Source of the DNA: Candidatus Parcubacteria bacterium
GTDB taxonomy: Bacteria; Patescibacteriota; Minisyncoccia; Phycocordibacterales; JAKFXT01
Assembly: GCA_021414235.1 (NCBI GenBank)
Contig: JAIOOV010000004.1
Location: 190,456 to 254,455, forward strand
Reading direction: 5' to 3'
Length of the DNA: 64,000 nucleotides
In this document: positions 36,290 to 44,544 of the stretch, piece by piece
Layout: each line of letters opens with the position of its first letter
Numbering within the stretch: the first letter of the stretch is position 1
Notes under the pieces: model-generated
Database searches by the model: none
Seen by the model: the letters and a program-made list of their open reading frames with translations, nothing else
Told to the model about the DNA's origin: nothing
Made by a program: the position numbers and the translations under genes

Positions 36290-36889
36290 ATGACACAGCA
36301 GGTGTTTGTTATCCATGGGGGAGATACCTTCGATTCATACGAGGAATATCTGGCGTTTCTGCGGGTAAAGAAGGTTGATCTGGAGGGTACGAAGAGGAGG
36401 GATTGGAAGAGCTCTCTTTCGGAGCGTCTTGGCGAGGGGTATGAGGTTATCGCTCCGCGGATGCCCAGCAAAGAGAATGCTAAGTATGCGGAATGGAAGA
36501 TTTGGTTTGAGAAGTTCATTCCACTTCTCGGTGATCAGCCTGTGCTCATAGGCCATTCTTTGGGAGGCATATTCCTTGCGAAGTATTTATCTGAGGAAAT
36601 CTATCCGCAGAGAATAAGGGCTACTCTACTTGTGGCTGCACCCTATAGCGCAGCGGTTGGCGAGACTCTCGGAGATTTCGTTTTGAAGCCCGATCTCGAA
36701 GGCCTCGCTCGTCAGGGAGGCGACCTCTTCCTCTATCACAGTAAGGATGATCCGGTGGTGCCGTTTGTGGATATGGAGGCGTACCGTAAGGCTTTACCGA
36801 CGACCCAGATACGCGTCTTGGAGAATAGGGGGCACATTAATCAGGAGGAATTTCCAGAATTGATCGAAGATATCAAGAGCCTGCGTTAG
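36290..36889 (+). CDS. Alpha/beta-hydrolase (RBBP9/YdeN-type serine hydrolase)
   Basis: VFVIHGGDTFDSYEEY… with nucleophile elbow LIGHSLGG. About 200 aa, typical of the Ser_hydrolase (DUF1234-like) family. Confidence 0.6.
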   Translation: MTQQVFVIHGGDTFDSYEEYLAFLRVKKVDLEGTKRRDWKSSLSERLGEGYEVIAPRMPSKENAKYAEWKIWFEKFIPLLGDQPVLIGHSLGGIFLAKYLSEEIYPQRIRATLLVAAPYSAAVGETLGDFVLKPDLEGLARQGGDLFLYHSKDDPVVPFVDMEAYRKALPTTQIRVLENRGHINQEEFPELIEDIKSLR

Positions 36890-36902
36890 CGAAAATAGGA
36901 AG

Positions 36903-36934
36903 CCGCCTTCTGGAAAGGGCTTCCAGAAGGCGGT
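36903..36934. terminator. Bidirectional terminator between convergent genes
   Basis: gccgccttctggaa-agggc-ttccagaaggcggt. Confidence 0.5.
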
Positions 36935-36941
36935 CAGGAGG

Positions 36942-37307
36942 TTATCCTCTCGGGAGGAATTTCTTGATAGTCGCGCGCACCCCTTTAGGGAGAGGTATGG
37001 CGCGCCGTTTGCCGCGCGAAAGATTGGGACTAGGGAAGAGGATGCGAGTTTCTTGGAACAGGCTACGCACCTTGTCTGTGGTCATGACGGCTGTTCCCGC
37101 GATACTGGTCGAGCCGTCGGGCGTACCGCATCGCCAGCTGACCGTCCACCTGAGGCCGTTACGTTGGATACTGATCCATACGGACAGCCTGTAGCTAAGG
37201 GTCAGGGTGTCATTTTCTCTCGCTCCGACGAACCAGCCGCTGTTCACGACTCTCTTCTCGACGAGTGTGTGCTTTTCTGCGAGGAGTGCCAAGCTTTTTG
37301 CTGCCAA
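36942..37307 (-). CDS. Hypothetical protein (TTG start), single-gene unit bracketed by two terminators
   Basis: The ORF begins after an in-frame TAG with SD agggggat and a TTG start. Trp-rich with no family recognised. Confidence 0.3.
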   Translation of the reverse strand: MAAKSLALLAEKHTLVEKRVVNSGWFVGARENDTLTLSYRLSVWISIQRNGLRWTVSWRCGTPDGSTSIAGTAVMTTDKVRSLFQETRILFPSPNLSRGKRRAIPLPKGVRATIKKFLPRG

Positions 37308-37365
37308 CTCATCCCCCTATGTGCTAAGTTCGGAAGAATGCTACCTTCTTCCTGTGGCATGAGTC

Positions 37366-37413
37366 AACCCTCCTAATCAAAAACCCCGCCTCAAGGCGGG
37401 GTTTTTGATTAGG
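37366..37413. terminator. Strong bidirectional terminator (22-bp perfect inverted repeat) overlapping the hsp20 stop
   Basis: cctcctaatcaaaaaccccgcc-tcaa-ggcggggtttttgattaggagg. Confidence 0.6.
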
Positions 37414-37885
37414 AGGTCTTGATCTTGAGCTTGGTGGACTTTCCCTTGTCGATCTTGGGGAGGCGGATGATGAGGAGTCCGTTCTTCTCGATAGCCTCGG
37501 CTTCCTCGGACTCGATCTCGGCGGGGAGAAGGATGGTGCGGGAGAATTCACCCCAGTAGAGCTCCTTGAGGAAGTAGTCCTCGTCGGAGACGGTGCGGCC
37601 TTCCTCGCGGCGACCGGTGAGGGTGACCATATCCCGGGTGATGGAGACATCGATGTCCTCAGGGCGAACACCGGCGACCATCGCTTTGATGAAAATATTC
37701 TCGGCCGTCTGGTAGACGTCTACGGCGAGTTGGCCCACGCCGCTCTCCTCCTCGATCCACTGGGAAGAAGGGCGAGATTCGCGAGAGACGCTCGTCGTCA
37801 CGATCTCTTCCTCAACACCCTCGTCTGCATCGACGCTGATGGTGCCAGTGAGCCGCTCAAAGAAGGATTTTTTATCTCGTGCCAT
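37409..37885 (-). CDS. Hsp20/alpha-crystallin family small heat-shock protein
   Basis: The alpha-crystallin domain (…AVDVYQTAENIFIKAMVAGVRPEDIDVSITRDMVTLTGRRE…FSRTILLPAEIESEEAEAIEKNGLLIIRLPK) carries the I-x-I-like C-terminal motif. Confidence 0.8.
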   Translation of the reverse strand: MARDKKSFFERLTGTISVDADEGVEEEIVTTSVSRESRPSSQWIEEESGVGQLAVDVYQTAENIFIKAMVAGVRPEDIDVSITRDMVTLTGRREEGRTVSDEDYFLKELYWGEFSRTILLPAEIESEEAEAIEKNGLLIIRLPKIDKGKSTKLKIKTS

Positions 37886-37894
37886 AGATGATGA

Positions 37895-38596
37895 TTAATA
37901 TACGCAAGTTCGGTTGAGGCGCTTCACTTTCTCGAAAAAGAGGAAAAGTATGATGGAGAGCACCCAGACCACGCCGAAAGTCATAAACAGGTTGTTACCG
38001 GTGTTCAGTATAAAGAAGTTGAACAGCGTGTGCAACAGACCTGCGAGGATAACTCCAAAAAAGGCGTAGAGAACCTTCTTTCCTCGTGTGGCGCAGAAGG
38101 AATAGGCCATAGCGATACCAATGATACTCGAGGAGATTACGTGGAGGAGGGTAGAGCCGATGAAGCGCAGGTTTCCGGTGGCGAGGGTGTCAGCAATGCC
38201 TCCTTGGGCAAGCGGAGCGAGCAGGAAGAGTGCATTCTCGATCGCCGCGAAGCCGAGGGCTGCTGTGATCAGGTAGATCATGTTATCCACCGGCTCATCA
38301 TTCTCTTTCCTGCGTAATGCTCCGATATAGGCTCCGGCGAATTTGAGGATCTCCTCGATGAAGGCCCACAGCAGGATGGTGATGAGAGTGCCGATGGCGA
38401 AGTACTGCGTGACAATGTTCTCAAAGAAGAAGGCGGCGGGCACAGCCACAGCGCCTCCCAGGAAGGCCATGGCGATAATCCCTTTGGGTTCGGGATGTCT
38501 CTTGTCTTCTTGGAGCCAGAACCAGAGCCAGAGAAAGGCTGGCAGCATGCCGCCGAGGAGGGCGAAGAAGATAGTGGTGATGTCTAACGGGGCCAT
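37895..38596 (-). CDS. PrsW-family intramembrane metalloprotease
   Basis: Polytopic membrane protein with the FIEEILKF (EExxK) motif and conserved His residues typical of PrsW/YpdC proteases. Confidence 0.65.
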   Translation of the reverse strand: MAPLDITTIFFALLGGMLPAFLWLWFWLQEDKRHPEPKGIIAMAFLGGAVAVPAAFFFENIVTQYFAIGTLITILLWAFIEEILKFAGAYIGALRRKENDEPVDNMIYLITAALGFAAIENALFLLAPLAQGGIADTLATGNLRFIGSTLLHVISSSIIGIAMAYSFCATRGKKVLYAFFGVILAGLLHTLFNFFILNTGNNLFMTFGVVWVLSIILFLFFEKVKRLNRTCVY

Positions 38597-40752
38597 GATT
38601 CTACGATGAGGAGGGATTTAGTGTTAGGAATAGATTTCCAAATCTCTTCGGTGACGAACGGCATGAAGGGGTGGAGGAGCTTGAGGGAATCTCGAAGTAT
38701 TTTCCTCAGTGCTGTAGCGCGAGAGTTCTTTGCGGTATCGTTGCCTTCTTTGAAGATCAGTTTGCTCTCTTCGAGGATGACACTCGCAAAAGTATCCCAG
38801 AGATAATGATATATCTTTTCTGCGGCTAAGTGGATACGGAAGTTCTCTAAGTCTTTGGTGATATCTTCCGCGACCGCAGTGAATTCTTCGAGAAGCTTGG
38901 TGTCTGCCGGAACAAGAGGGCCGTCGCTCACTCCTTCGGTCGATTCAAGGACGAAGCGAGTGATGTTCCAGATCTTGTTGGCAAATAATTTATAGCCTCT
39001 TACTTTCTGTTCATCGAATTTAACATCGCTGCCGATAGCGCTGCCCACAATAAGTCCCATCCGGAGGGCGTCTGCCCCGTACCTTTCGATCATCTCTAAA
39101 GGATCGATGCCATTATTGAGTGATTTGCTGAATTTGCGCCCGTCTTTAGCACGAACCAATCCATGAATGAGGACTTTCTTGAAGGGCGGCTGGCCGAGAT
39201 GAAAACCGCTCATGAGTATCATGCGCGATACCCATAGCTGGAGTATCTCGTAAGCAGGGGACATGAATGCGGTCGGGTGGTAGGTTTCCAGATCGGGCGT
39301 GCGCTCTGGCCAGCCGAGCGTAGAGAATGTCCACAATGCGGAGGAGAACCAAGTGTCAAGCACATCCTCATCTTGCTGCCATCCTTCGCCTTCTGGCGGG
39401 GTTACGTCGCAGTACACTTCGCCTTCTCGATACCATACGGGTATGCGGTGACCGAACCATATCTGTCGGGAGATACACCAGTCGTGCAGATTGTCTATCC
39501 AGTGGAAGTATGTGTTGCGGAACCCGTCCTGGGGCATCTCTACTGCGCCACTCTCCACCATCTCGCGCATCATCTTCTTGAGCGTGGTGCGGACTCCGTC
39601 CTTTTCATACTCCTTGTCGACGGCGATGAACCACTGCTCCATAATCTGCGGTTCGATAACCGCTCCTGTCCGCTCGGAAAGAGCGACGTTATGAACGTAA
39701 TCTTCGTCTATCCTTTCCACTAAACCCTTTGCTTGGAGCTTCTCGACTATCTTTTCGCGTGCTTCTGTTATCTTCATACCGGCGAATTCGCCAGCAATAG
39801 GGAGGAGCTTACCGTACCGGTCGATTATCTGTTCTTTATCCAGATCATGCCGCTCAGCTATCTCAAAATCGACCATGGAATGCCATGGAGTTATGGTCAT
39901 TACGCCAGTACCTATTTCTGGATCGCTCGCCGTGTCTTTGATGACTGTGGCGGTGGTGGGGCCATTTATCCATTCAAGCTCAATCTTTTGTCCGTGCGTA
40001 AACTCAGCATAGCGAGCGTCATCGGGATGTATAACGACATACTTGTCGCCAAATTTGGTTTCTGGTCGGGCTGTAGCGATGATGAACGGGCCGTATTTGA
40101 GGTAATAGAACTTGGCTTTTTCTTCCTGATAAATAATTTCATCATCGGAGATAGTAGTCTGTCCCTTGGGGTCCCAATTGACGGCACGGTACCCACGATA
40201 AATAAGCCCGGCATCGTGCATTCGCTTAAATGCAGTGAACACGGCGCGATTACGTATCTCATCGAGCGTATACGCATAGCGCGACCAGTCGAGCGAAGCG
40301 CCCATGCGCCGTATTTGGCCTAAAATAGTATTCTCGCTATTCTTTGCGAATTCATATACGCGCTTTACCAGTTCTTCGCGACCAAGATCGTGACGGGTCT
40401 TACCTTCGTCCTTCTGTAAATTCTTTTCAACGCGGGCTTGTGTGGCAATAGCTGCGGAATCGGTCCCTGGTATCCAAAGAGCTTTTTTACCGCGCATGCG
40501 GGCAAAACGCGTCACGATATCTTGCAGCGTATCTTCGTAGGCGTGACCGACGTGCAGCGTTCCAGTGACGTTCGGGGGAGGGAGGACGATGGAAAAAGCT
40601 TCTGTGCGTTCGCCAGGAAGATTATCTGGGTTGAAAAAACCGCTCTCCTCCCATTCCTGGTAGATACGTTTCTCGGTTGCTACGGGGTCGTAGGGCTTGA
40701 GGAATTTCTCGTCTACGGAGCTTGGTATTTTCTCGCGTTCCTCGGGATTCAT
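38584..40752 (-). CDS. valS: Valine--tRNA ligase (compact 722-aa form)
   Basis: HIGH region NVTGTLHVGHAYEDTLQD, KMSKS region KFSKSLNNGIDP, CP1 editing-domain motifs and an anticodon-binding domain. Lacks the long C-terminal coiled coil. Confidence 0.9.
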   Translation of the reverse strand: MNPEEREKIPSSVDEKFLKPYDPVATEKRIYQEWEESGFFNPDNLPGERTEAFSIVLPPPNVTGTLHVGHAYEDTLQDIVTRFARMRGKKALWIPGTDSAAIATQARVEKNLQKDEGKTRHDLGREELVKRVYEFAKNSENTILGQIRRMGASLDWSRYAYTLDEIRNRAVFTAFKRMHDAGLIYRGYRAVNWDPKGQTTISDDEIIYQEEKAKFYYLKYGPFIIATARPETKFGDKYVVIHPDDARYAEFTHGQKIELEWINGPTTATVIKDTASDPEIGTGVMTITPWHSMVDFEIAERHDLDKEQIIDRYGKLLPIAGEFAGMKITEAREKIVEKLQAKGLVERIDEDYVHNVALSERTGAVIEPQIMEQWFIAVDKEYEKDGVRTTLKKMMREMVESGAVEMPQDGFRNTYFHWIDNLHDWCISRQIWFGHRIPVWYREGEVYCDVTPPEGEGWQQDEDVLDTWFSSALWTFSTLGWPERTPDLETYHPTAFMSPAYEILQLWVSRMILMSGFHLGQPPFKKVLIHGLVRAKDGRKFSKSLNNGIDPLEMIERYGADALRMGLIVGSAIGSDVKFDEQKVRGYKLFANKIWNITRFVLESTEGVSDGPLVPADTKLLEEFTAVAEDITKDLENFRIHLAAEKIYHYLWDTFASVILEESKLIFKEGNDTAKNSRATALRKILRDSLKLLHPFMPFVTEEIWKSIPNTKSLLIVESWPR

Positions 40753-40869
40753 AAGGGTGACTATAACAAGAATAAACTTGCAGTTCTAGGTGTCCTTCGC
40801 TCTTCTTGGCCAGCTTCTTCTTCGTGAGAATGATGGCGGATTGATGGTGTTGTGTTTGACTAACCAATA

Positions 40870-40890
40870 AATCCAATGCATCATTGGATT
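40870..40890 (+). promoter_or_regulatory. Perfect 9-3-9 palindrome AATCCAATG-CAT-CATTGGATT (candidate operator)
   Basis: Located 36 nt upstream of the ATG of ORF 40927, next to a TTGACT box, and within the divergent valS promoter region. Confidence 0.4.
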
Positions 40891-40926
40891 GCTAGCAGAG
40901 CCCGCTAGCTTAGAGGAAGGAGATCT

Positions 40927-41445
40927 TTGATGAGGACGAATCCGGGCCCTGAGTTGGCCCACGTAATGCGGCGGGGTACCGATTTCGGCCCCGTCGTTGC
41001 CAGCATGCTCAGCGCTGGCACGGCCAAGAGCCGTGAGGAGGCTGAGAACCTGGTCGATGCCTTCCTGCAGTGGATGTCGCTGGTACCGGCCGTACGGCCT
41101 CCCAAGGTCTACGTGATGCTGAAGACGCCGGTCGACGATGTCTTCCATGCGTTTCTCGAGCACGAAGGTCCGTATCGCGACTTCTGCAGCCGCTATCTCG
41201 GCTTCGAGGTCAAGCACCACCCGATCAAGGACCCCGGCGGTATCGACCTGCCCCAGAGTGCACGGTTTTCCGTAGGTCTGCTCGAGCGCCACTTCGGCGC
41301 CGAGCTCCACCCCATCCTGAAGGACTGGAGGAACCAGCTCGACGGCGAATGCTACGCCGTCAGCTGTATCGTCTGTCCCGAAACCTCGGAAATGGGCCAG
41401 ACCGTGCAGGCCACCCTTCCCAATGGTGCGACTATCATGCACTAG
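40927..41445 (+). CDS. Hypothetical cytoplasmic protein (GC-rich, Cys-x4-Cys-x2-Cys near C-terminus)
   Basis: 172 aa. SD ggaaggag 7 nt upstream. GC ~63% is above the window mean. CYAVSCIVC motif. No family recognised. Confidence 0.4.
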   Translation: MMRTNPGPELAHVMRRGTDFGPVVASMLSAGTAKSREEAENLVDAFLQWMSLVPAVRPPKVYVMLKTPVDDVFHAFLEHEGPYRDFCSRYLGFEVKHHPIKDPGGIDLPQSARFSVGLLERHFGAELHPILKDWRNQLDGECYAVSCIVCPETSEMGQTVQATLPNGATIMH

Positions 41446-41470
41446 CCGTAGTATCGGCTGAACGTACAAG

Positions 41471-41521
41471 CCCGCGAGAGTAACTGCCATAACAAGCAGG
41501 ACAATCTCGCGGGTTCTTTTT
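41471..41521 (+). terminator. Terminator-like hairpin with long loop and T-tract
   Basis: cccgcgaga…26-nt loop…tctcgcggg ttcttttt. Confidence 0.4.
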
Positions 41522-41537
41522 GTGGTAATTTAAGCTT

Positions 41538-42731
41538 TTATTTTTTTGAACTGTTCGATGATAGTCGCAGGTTACCATCGGCCTTGAAGGAGACGTTCTT
41601 TTTCTTGGTCCCACGCTGCTTGAGGAAGCCTGCTACGGCGATCATGACGGCGTTGTCAGTAGTAAGAGAGGGCGCAGGAAGGAAGCAGGAGATATTTCCA
41701 AGGCTTTCGGTCATGCTCTTAAGTCCTGCACGGATGTGGCGGTTTGCAGCTACGCCGCCTCCGGCGATGAGCGTCTTGCTCTTGGTCTTAAGGAGCGCCG
41801 CTTTCGTCTTTGTGACCAATACTTCGGTCACCGCATCTTCAAACTCTCGGGCGACGCCGCGCTTGGTAGCGTCATCGAGCTTCATATCCTTCAATTTGTA
41901 CAAGACTGCAGTCTTGAGCCCAGCAAAAGAGAATTCCAGATCCTTGGAGGTAAGCATAGGACGCGGCAGTTCGAGCGCACGAGGGAGTTTCTTGGTGCGG
42001 GCTTCTTCTGCGAGCTTGGATATCTCGGGTCCGCCGGGATACGGGAGGCCGAGCATGCGTGCCACTTTGTCGAAGGCTTCTCCAGCGGCATCGTCGCGCG
42101 TTGCACCGAGCAGAGAATATTTTCCTGGCTTCTTGATATGGATGAGTTCGGTGTGGCCTCCGGAAATGAGGAGGGCAACTGCCGGGTAACTCACTTTGGA
42201 AAGGAGATATTGTTTCGGCTTCTGTTCTACGAGAAGGGAGGAGAAGACATGCCCCTCCATGTGATTGACCGGGATGATGGGCTTGTTCCAGATGAGGGCG
42301 AGCGCCTTGGCGATGTTCACGCCGACCCAGAGGGCGGGCTCTAGGCCCGGGCCATGAGTGACAGCAATCGCATCTATGGTCGGGCGGGAGAGGCGCGGGA
42401 CGAGCGCCATGAAGGCCTCGCGCAGTTCTGGTTCGCGCTCTAGGATCGCCCTCACTTTCTTATCCGTCTTGGCATCAAGCGGCTTCTCCTTAGCGTGGAG
42501 TTTCCAGAGCTTGGCTTGGCGGAGTGCTGATTCGAGGAGGGGGATGAGGTTCTTGCCGTGTTCGCGCTTGGCGAGCATGGGTACGACGCCGCCTAAGTGC
42601 GCGTGGAGAGAGGCCTGGGAATACAGGGCGTTTCCGAGGATGGAGATACCGGGACTCTTGCTGCCGCCTTTGAAACCGACGATGGCGATGGCGGTCTCGT
42701 CGCAGGAGGTCTCAATAGCTAGCACCTTCAT
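41538..42731 (-). CDS. tsaD: tRNA N6-adenosine threonylcarbamoyltransferase TsaD (Kae1/YgjD) with ~55-aa C-terminal extension
   Basis: MKVLAIETSCDETAIAIV…, metal-binding HMEGH and the GGVAAN motif. 397 aa versus the usual ~340. TTGACA-18-TATACC promoter directly upstream with a very short leader. Confidence 0.85.
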   Translation of the reverse strand: MKVLAIETSCDETAIAIVGFKGGSKSPGISILGNALYSQASLHAHLGGVVPMLAKREHGKNLIPLLESALRQAKLWKLHAKEKPLDAKTDKKVRAILEREPELREAFMALVPRLSRPTIDAIAVTHGPGLEPALWVGVNIAKALALIWNKPIIPVNHMEGHVFSSLLVEQKPKQYLLSKVSYPAVALLISGGHTELIHIKKPGKYSLLGATRDDAAGEAFDKVARMLGLPYPGGPEISKLAEEARTKKLPRALELPRPMLTSKDLEFSFAGLKTAVLYKLKDMKLDDATKRGVAREFEDAVTEVLVTKTKAALLKTKSKTLIAGGGVAANRHIRAGLKSMTESLGNISCFLPAPSLTTDNAVMIAVAGFLKQRGTKKKNVSFKADGNLRLSSNSSKK

Positions 42732-43057
42732 ATATTCGAGGTATACCTTTCTAAAAGGGAGTTGTCAAAAAGAAAGCGCTCTGCTTGGGGCAGAGCGGGT
42801 TGCGAGTAGCGGAAGAGGAAAAGAATTGGCCAGAGCAGGCCTCGATCCTATCAGGTGGGATTCCGAGAGTTACTCCGTATCGACCCTAACATCGATGCAC
42901 CCGGGATGGGATGATCTAAGCCGTCAGGGTAGCGTAGGCATGCCACGGGACGTTTCCCTTTGTGTTCGGATGGCCCGGCCCTTTTCAGAATCCTCCCCTC
43001 AACCGCCACTCGCGAAAACGAGTTTACTCCTCCCTTTTGTGTCTTGTCAAAGTCTAC

Positions 43058-43609
43058 CTAAACCCGCATCCAGGAGAGGACATGTATCCAGAAACGCTTG
43101 ATGAAGCTGAAGGGTTTGAAGTCCTCCTGGTCTTCTATAGGAGTGGTGGAAGAAGTAGTGGAGGGAACGTCTTGGGTGGAACTCCCGGGTTTGCCCTTGT
43201 CGAAAGTGGTGCAGTAACCTTGCTGAGGCTTCTCACAGTAGCGCTTGGTGCAGGCGGCCGCTCCGTTGCTCATACGCGCACAGCTATTGCAACCGTCGTA
43301 CCAGGTGCGGCAGCTCTCCGGGGGAGTGAAGGTGGCTGGAGCAGGAGGAGTCTTTACTGGACCGCTCTCCTCCGGAGTGCACTCGCCGCGATGGATGAGG
43401 GTTGCGCCGTCGCTCCCCATCATGCAGGAGTTGCCGTAGGTCTGGTACTGCGGATAGCAGGGGGTGGTGATGCATTGCACCTGCTTAGCGCCGCATACTG
43501 GGTCGTACTGCATGGTGCAGGCTCGCTCGCCTTGCGCAGAAGCGCTTCCAGGCAGGAGCACGGCAGCTGCGAATAATATGGCGAGGCTTATAGCGCGGGT
43601 AGAATTCAT
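43058..43609 (-). CDS. Secreted Cys-rich protein with Kazal-like protease-inhibitor module(s)
   Basis: Signal peptide. C-TMQYDPVCG…TYGNSC…GATLIHRGEC matches Kazal Y-x-P-V-C-G…T-Y-x-N-x-C…G-x-C spacing, with extra Cys residues. A second Cys-rich repeat (CRTWYDGCNSCARMSNGAAACTKRYC) follows, then a Pro/Thr-rich segment and a hydrophobic C-terminus. Confidence 0.45.
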   Translation of the reverse strand: MNSTRAISLAILFAAAVLLPGSASAQGERACTMQYDPVCGAKQVQCITTPCYPQYQTYGNSCMMGSDGATLIHRGECTPEESGPVKTPPAPATFTPPESCRTWYDGCNSCARMSNGAAACTKRYCEKPQQGYCTTFDKGKPGSSTQDVPSTTSSTTPIEDQEDFKPFSFIKRFWIHVLSWMRV

Positions 43610-43617
43610 AACATTAT

Positions 43618-44259
43618 TTAAGACGTAAAAATTCCCTGTATCTTACTTTGGAGCTCTGCTCTACGTGCTGGACTCAAGAAGATGTTCCAGGCGAGGACTA
43701 CGGTAAGCGTGATGAAGGCGCCTATGCCCGCGAGGAACATGTCTTTCTGCGGGTCCCAGACATCGCCTTGGGCTCCGACGAAATCCACGCTCACCTCTGG
43801 ATTGACCGTGAGTACGGCGAGCCACTCCAGTACTTCGTAAATAGCCGAGAAGGAGAATACCAAACAGAGGGGGAGCCAATAGTTCCAGAACAGGCCCTTG
43901 GCTTGGAGACGATGGAGCGCTTCACGGAGAGGGAAGACGAGGAGAAGTCCGAAGCTGAAGTGGACTAGTCGGTCGAAGGTGTTACGCTCTGTCCCGAACC
44001 ATTTTCCGATGGTTTCGCCGAAGGGCACTTCTGAGTAGGTATAGTGAGAGCCAAGAACGTGGAGAATGAGGAAGAGGGTGATGAGGGTGTAGGAAGCGCT
44101 GGAGAGCCTGAAGTGACGTCCGAAGAGGAGAACGAGGGGGATGGCAAGGAGCACTAGTACATTCTCTAGAAGCCAGCCGTAGCGGGAGAGAGGCTCGATG
44201 GCTGCCCAGATCCAGGCGGCGGTGAACAGAAGTGCGAGCAGTTTCTGGTAAGGGGTCAT
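43618..44259 (-). CDS. DUF2238/YjdF-family membrane protein
   Basis: Motifs HYTYSEVP, DRLVHF and GAQGDVWD match YjdF-like proteins as remembered. 5 TM helices. Confidence 0.55.
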   Translation of the reverse strand: MTPYQKLLALLFTAAWIWAAIEPLSRYGWLLENVLVLLAIPLVLLFGRHFRLSSASYTLITLFLILHVLGSHYTYSEVPFGETIGKWFGTERNTFDRLVHFSFGLLLVFPLREALHRLQAKGLFWNYWLPLCLVFSFSAIYEVLEWLAVLTVNPEVSVDFVGAQGDVWDPQKDMFLAGIGAFITLTVVLAWNIFLSPARRAELQSKIQGIFTS

Positions 44260-44272
44260 GCGGAAAATTTGC

Positions 44273-44356
44273 GGAGGAGGTGAGATTCGAACTCACGATA
44301 CCTTGCGGTATGCCGGTTTTCGAAACCGGTGCATTCGGCCACTCTGCCACTCCTCC
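44273..44356 (-). tRNA. tRNA-Ser (anticodon CGA), class II with long variable arm
   Basis: The reverse complement folds as ggaggag-tg-gcag…ccggt-ttCGAaa-accgg-(ataccgcaaggtatc)-gtgag-ttcgaat-ctcac-ctcctcc. Confidence 0.8.
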
Positions 44357-44444
44357 TGGTACCGTCGCACCCTACCACTTTTTTGCCGTTTTTTCAAAAA
44401 ATGGTATAGTGCGGGCGCCTGCCTCTGCAGGCAGGTTTTTTATC

Positions 44445-44518
44445 GGCCTTATCGTCTAGCCTGGTCTAGGACGCATCCCTTTCACGGATGAAACCCGGGT
44501 TCAAATCCCGGTAAGGTC
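44445..44518 (+). tRNA. tRNA-Glu (anticodon UUC)
   Basis: ggccttatcgtctagcctggtctaggacg-catcc-ctTTCac-ggatg…cccgg-ttcaaat-cccgg-taaggtc-a. TTGCCG-16-TATAGT promoter upstream. Confidence 0.8.
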
Positions 44519-44544
44519 ACATTAAGATGTGCTAGGCTGAAGTC

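Noticed and set aside
42740-43057. tmRNA or SRP RNA in the tsaD-Kazal intergenic region
   Set aside because: No tRNA-like 3' domain (T-loop GGTTCGA…CCA), no SRP helix-8 motif (GGAAGCAGC) and no resume-codon ORF were found. The region is kept only as a generic candidate structured ncRNA.
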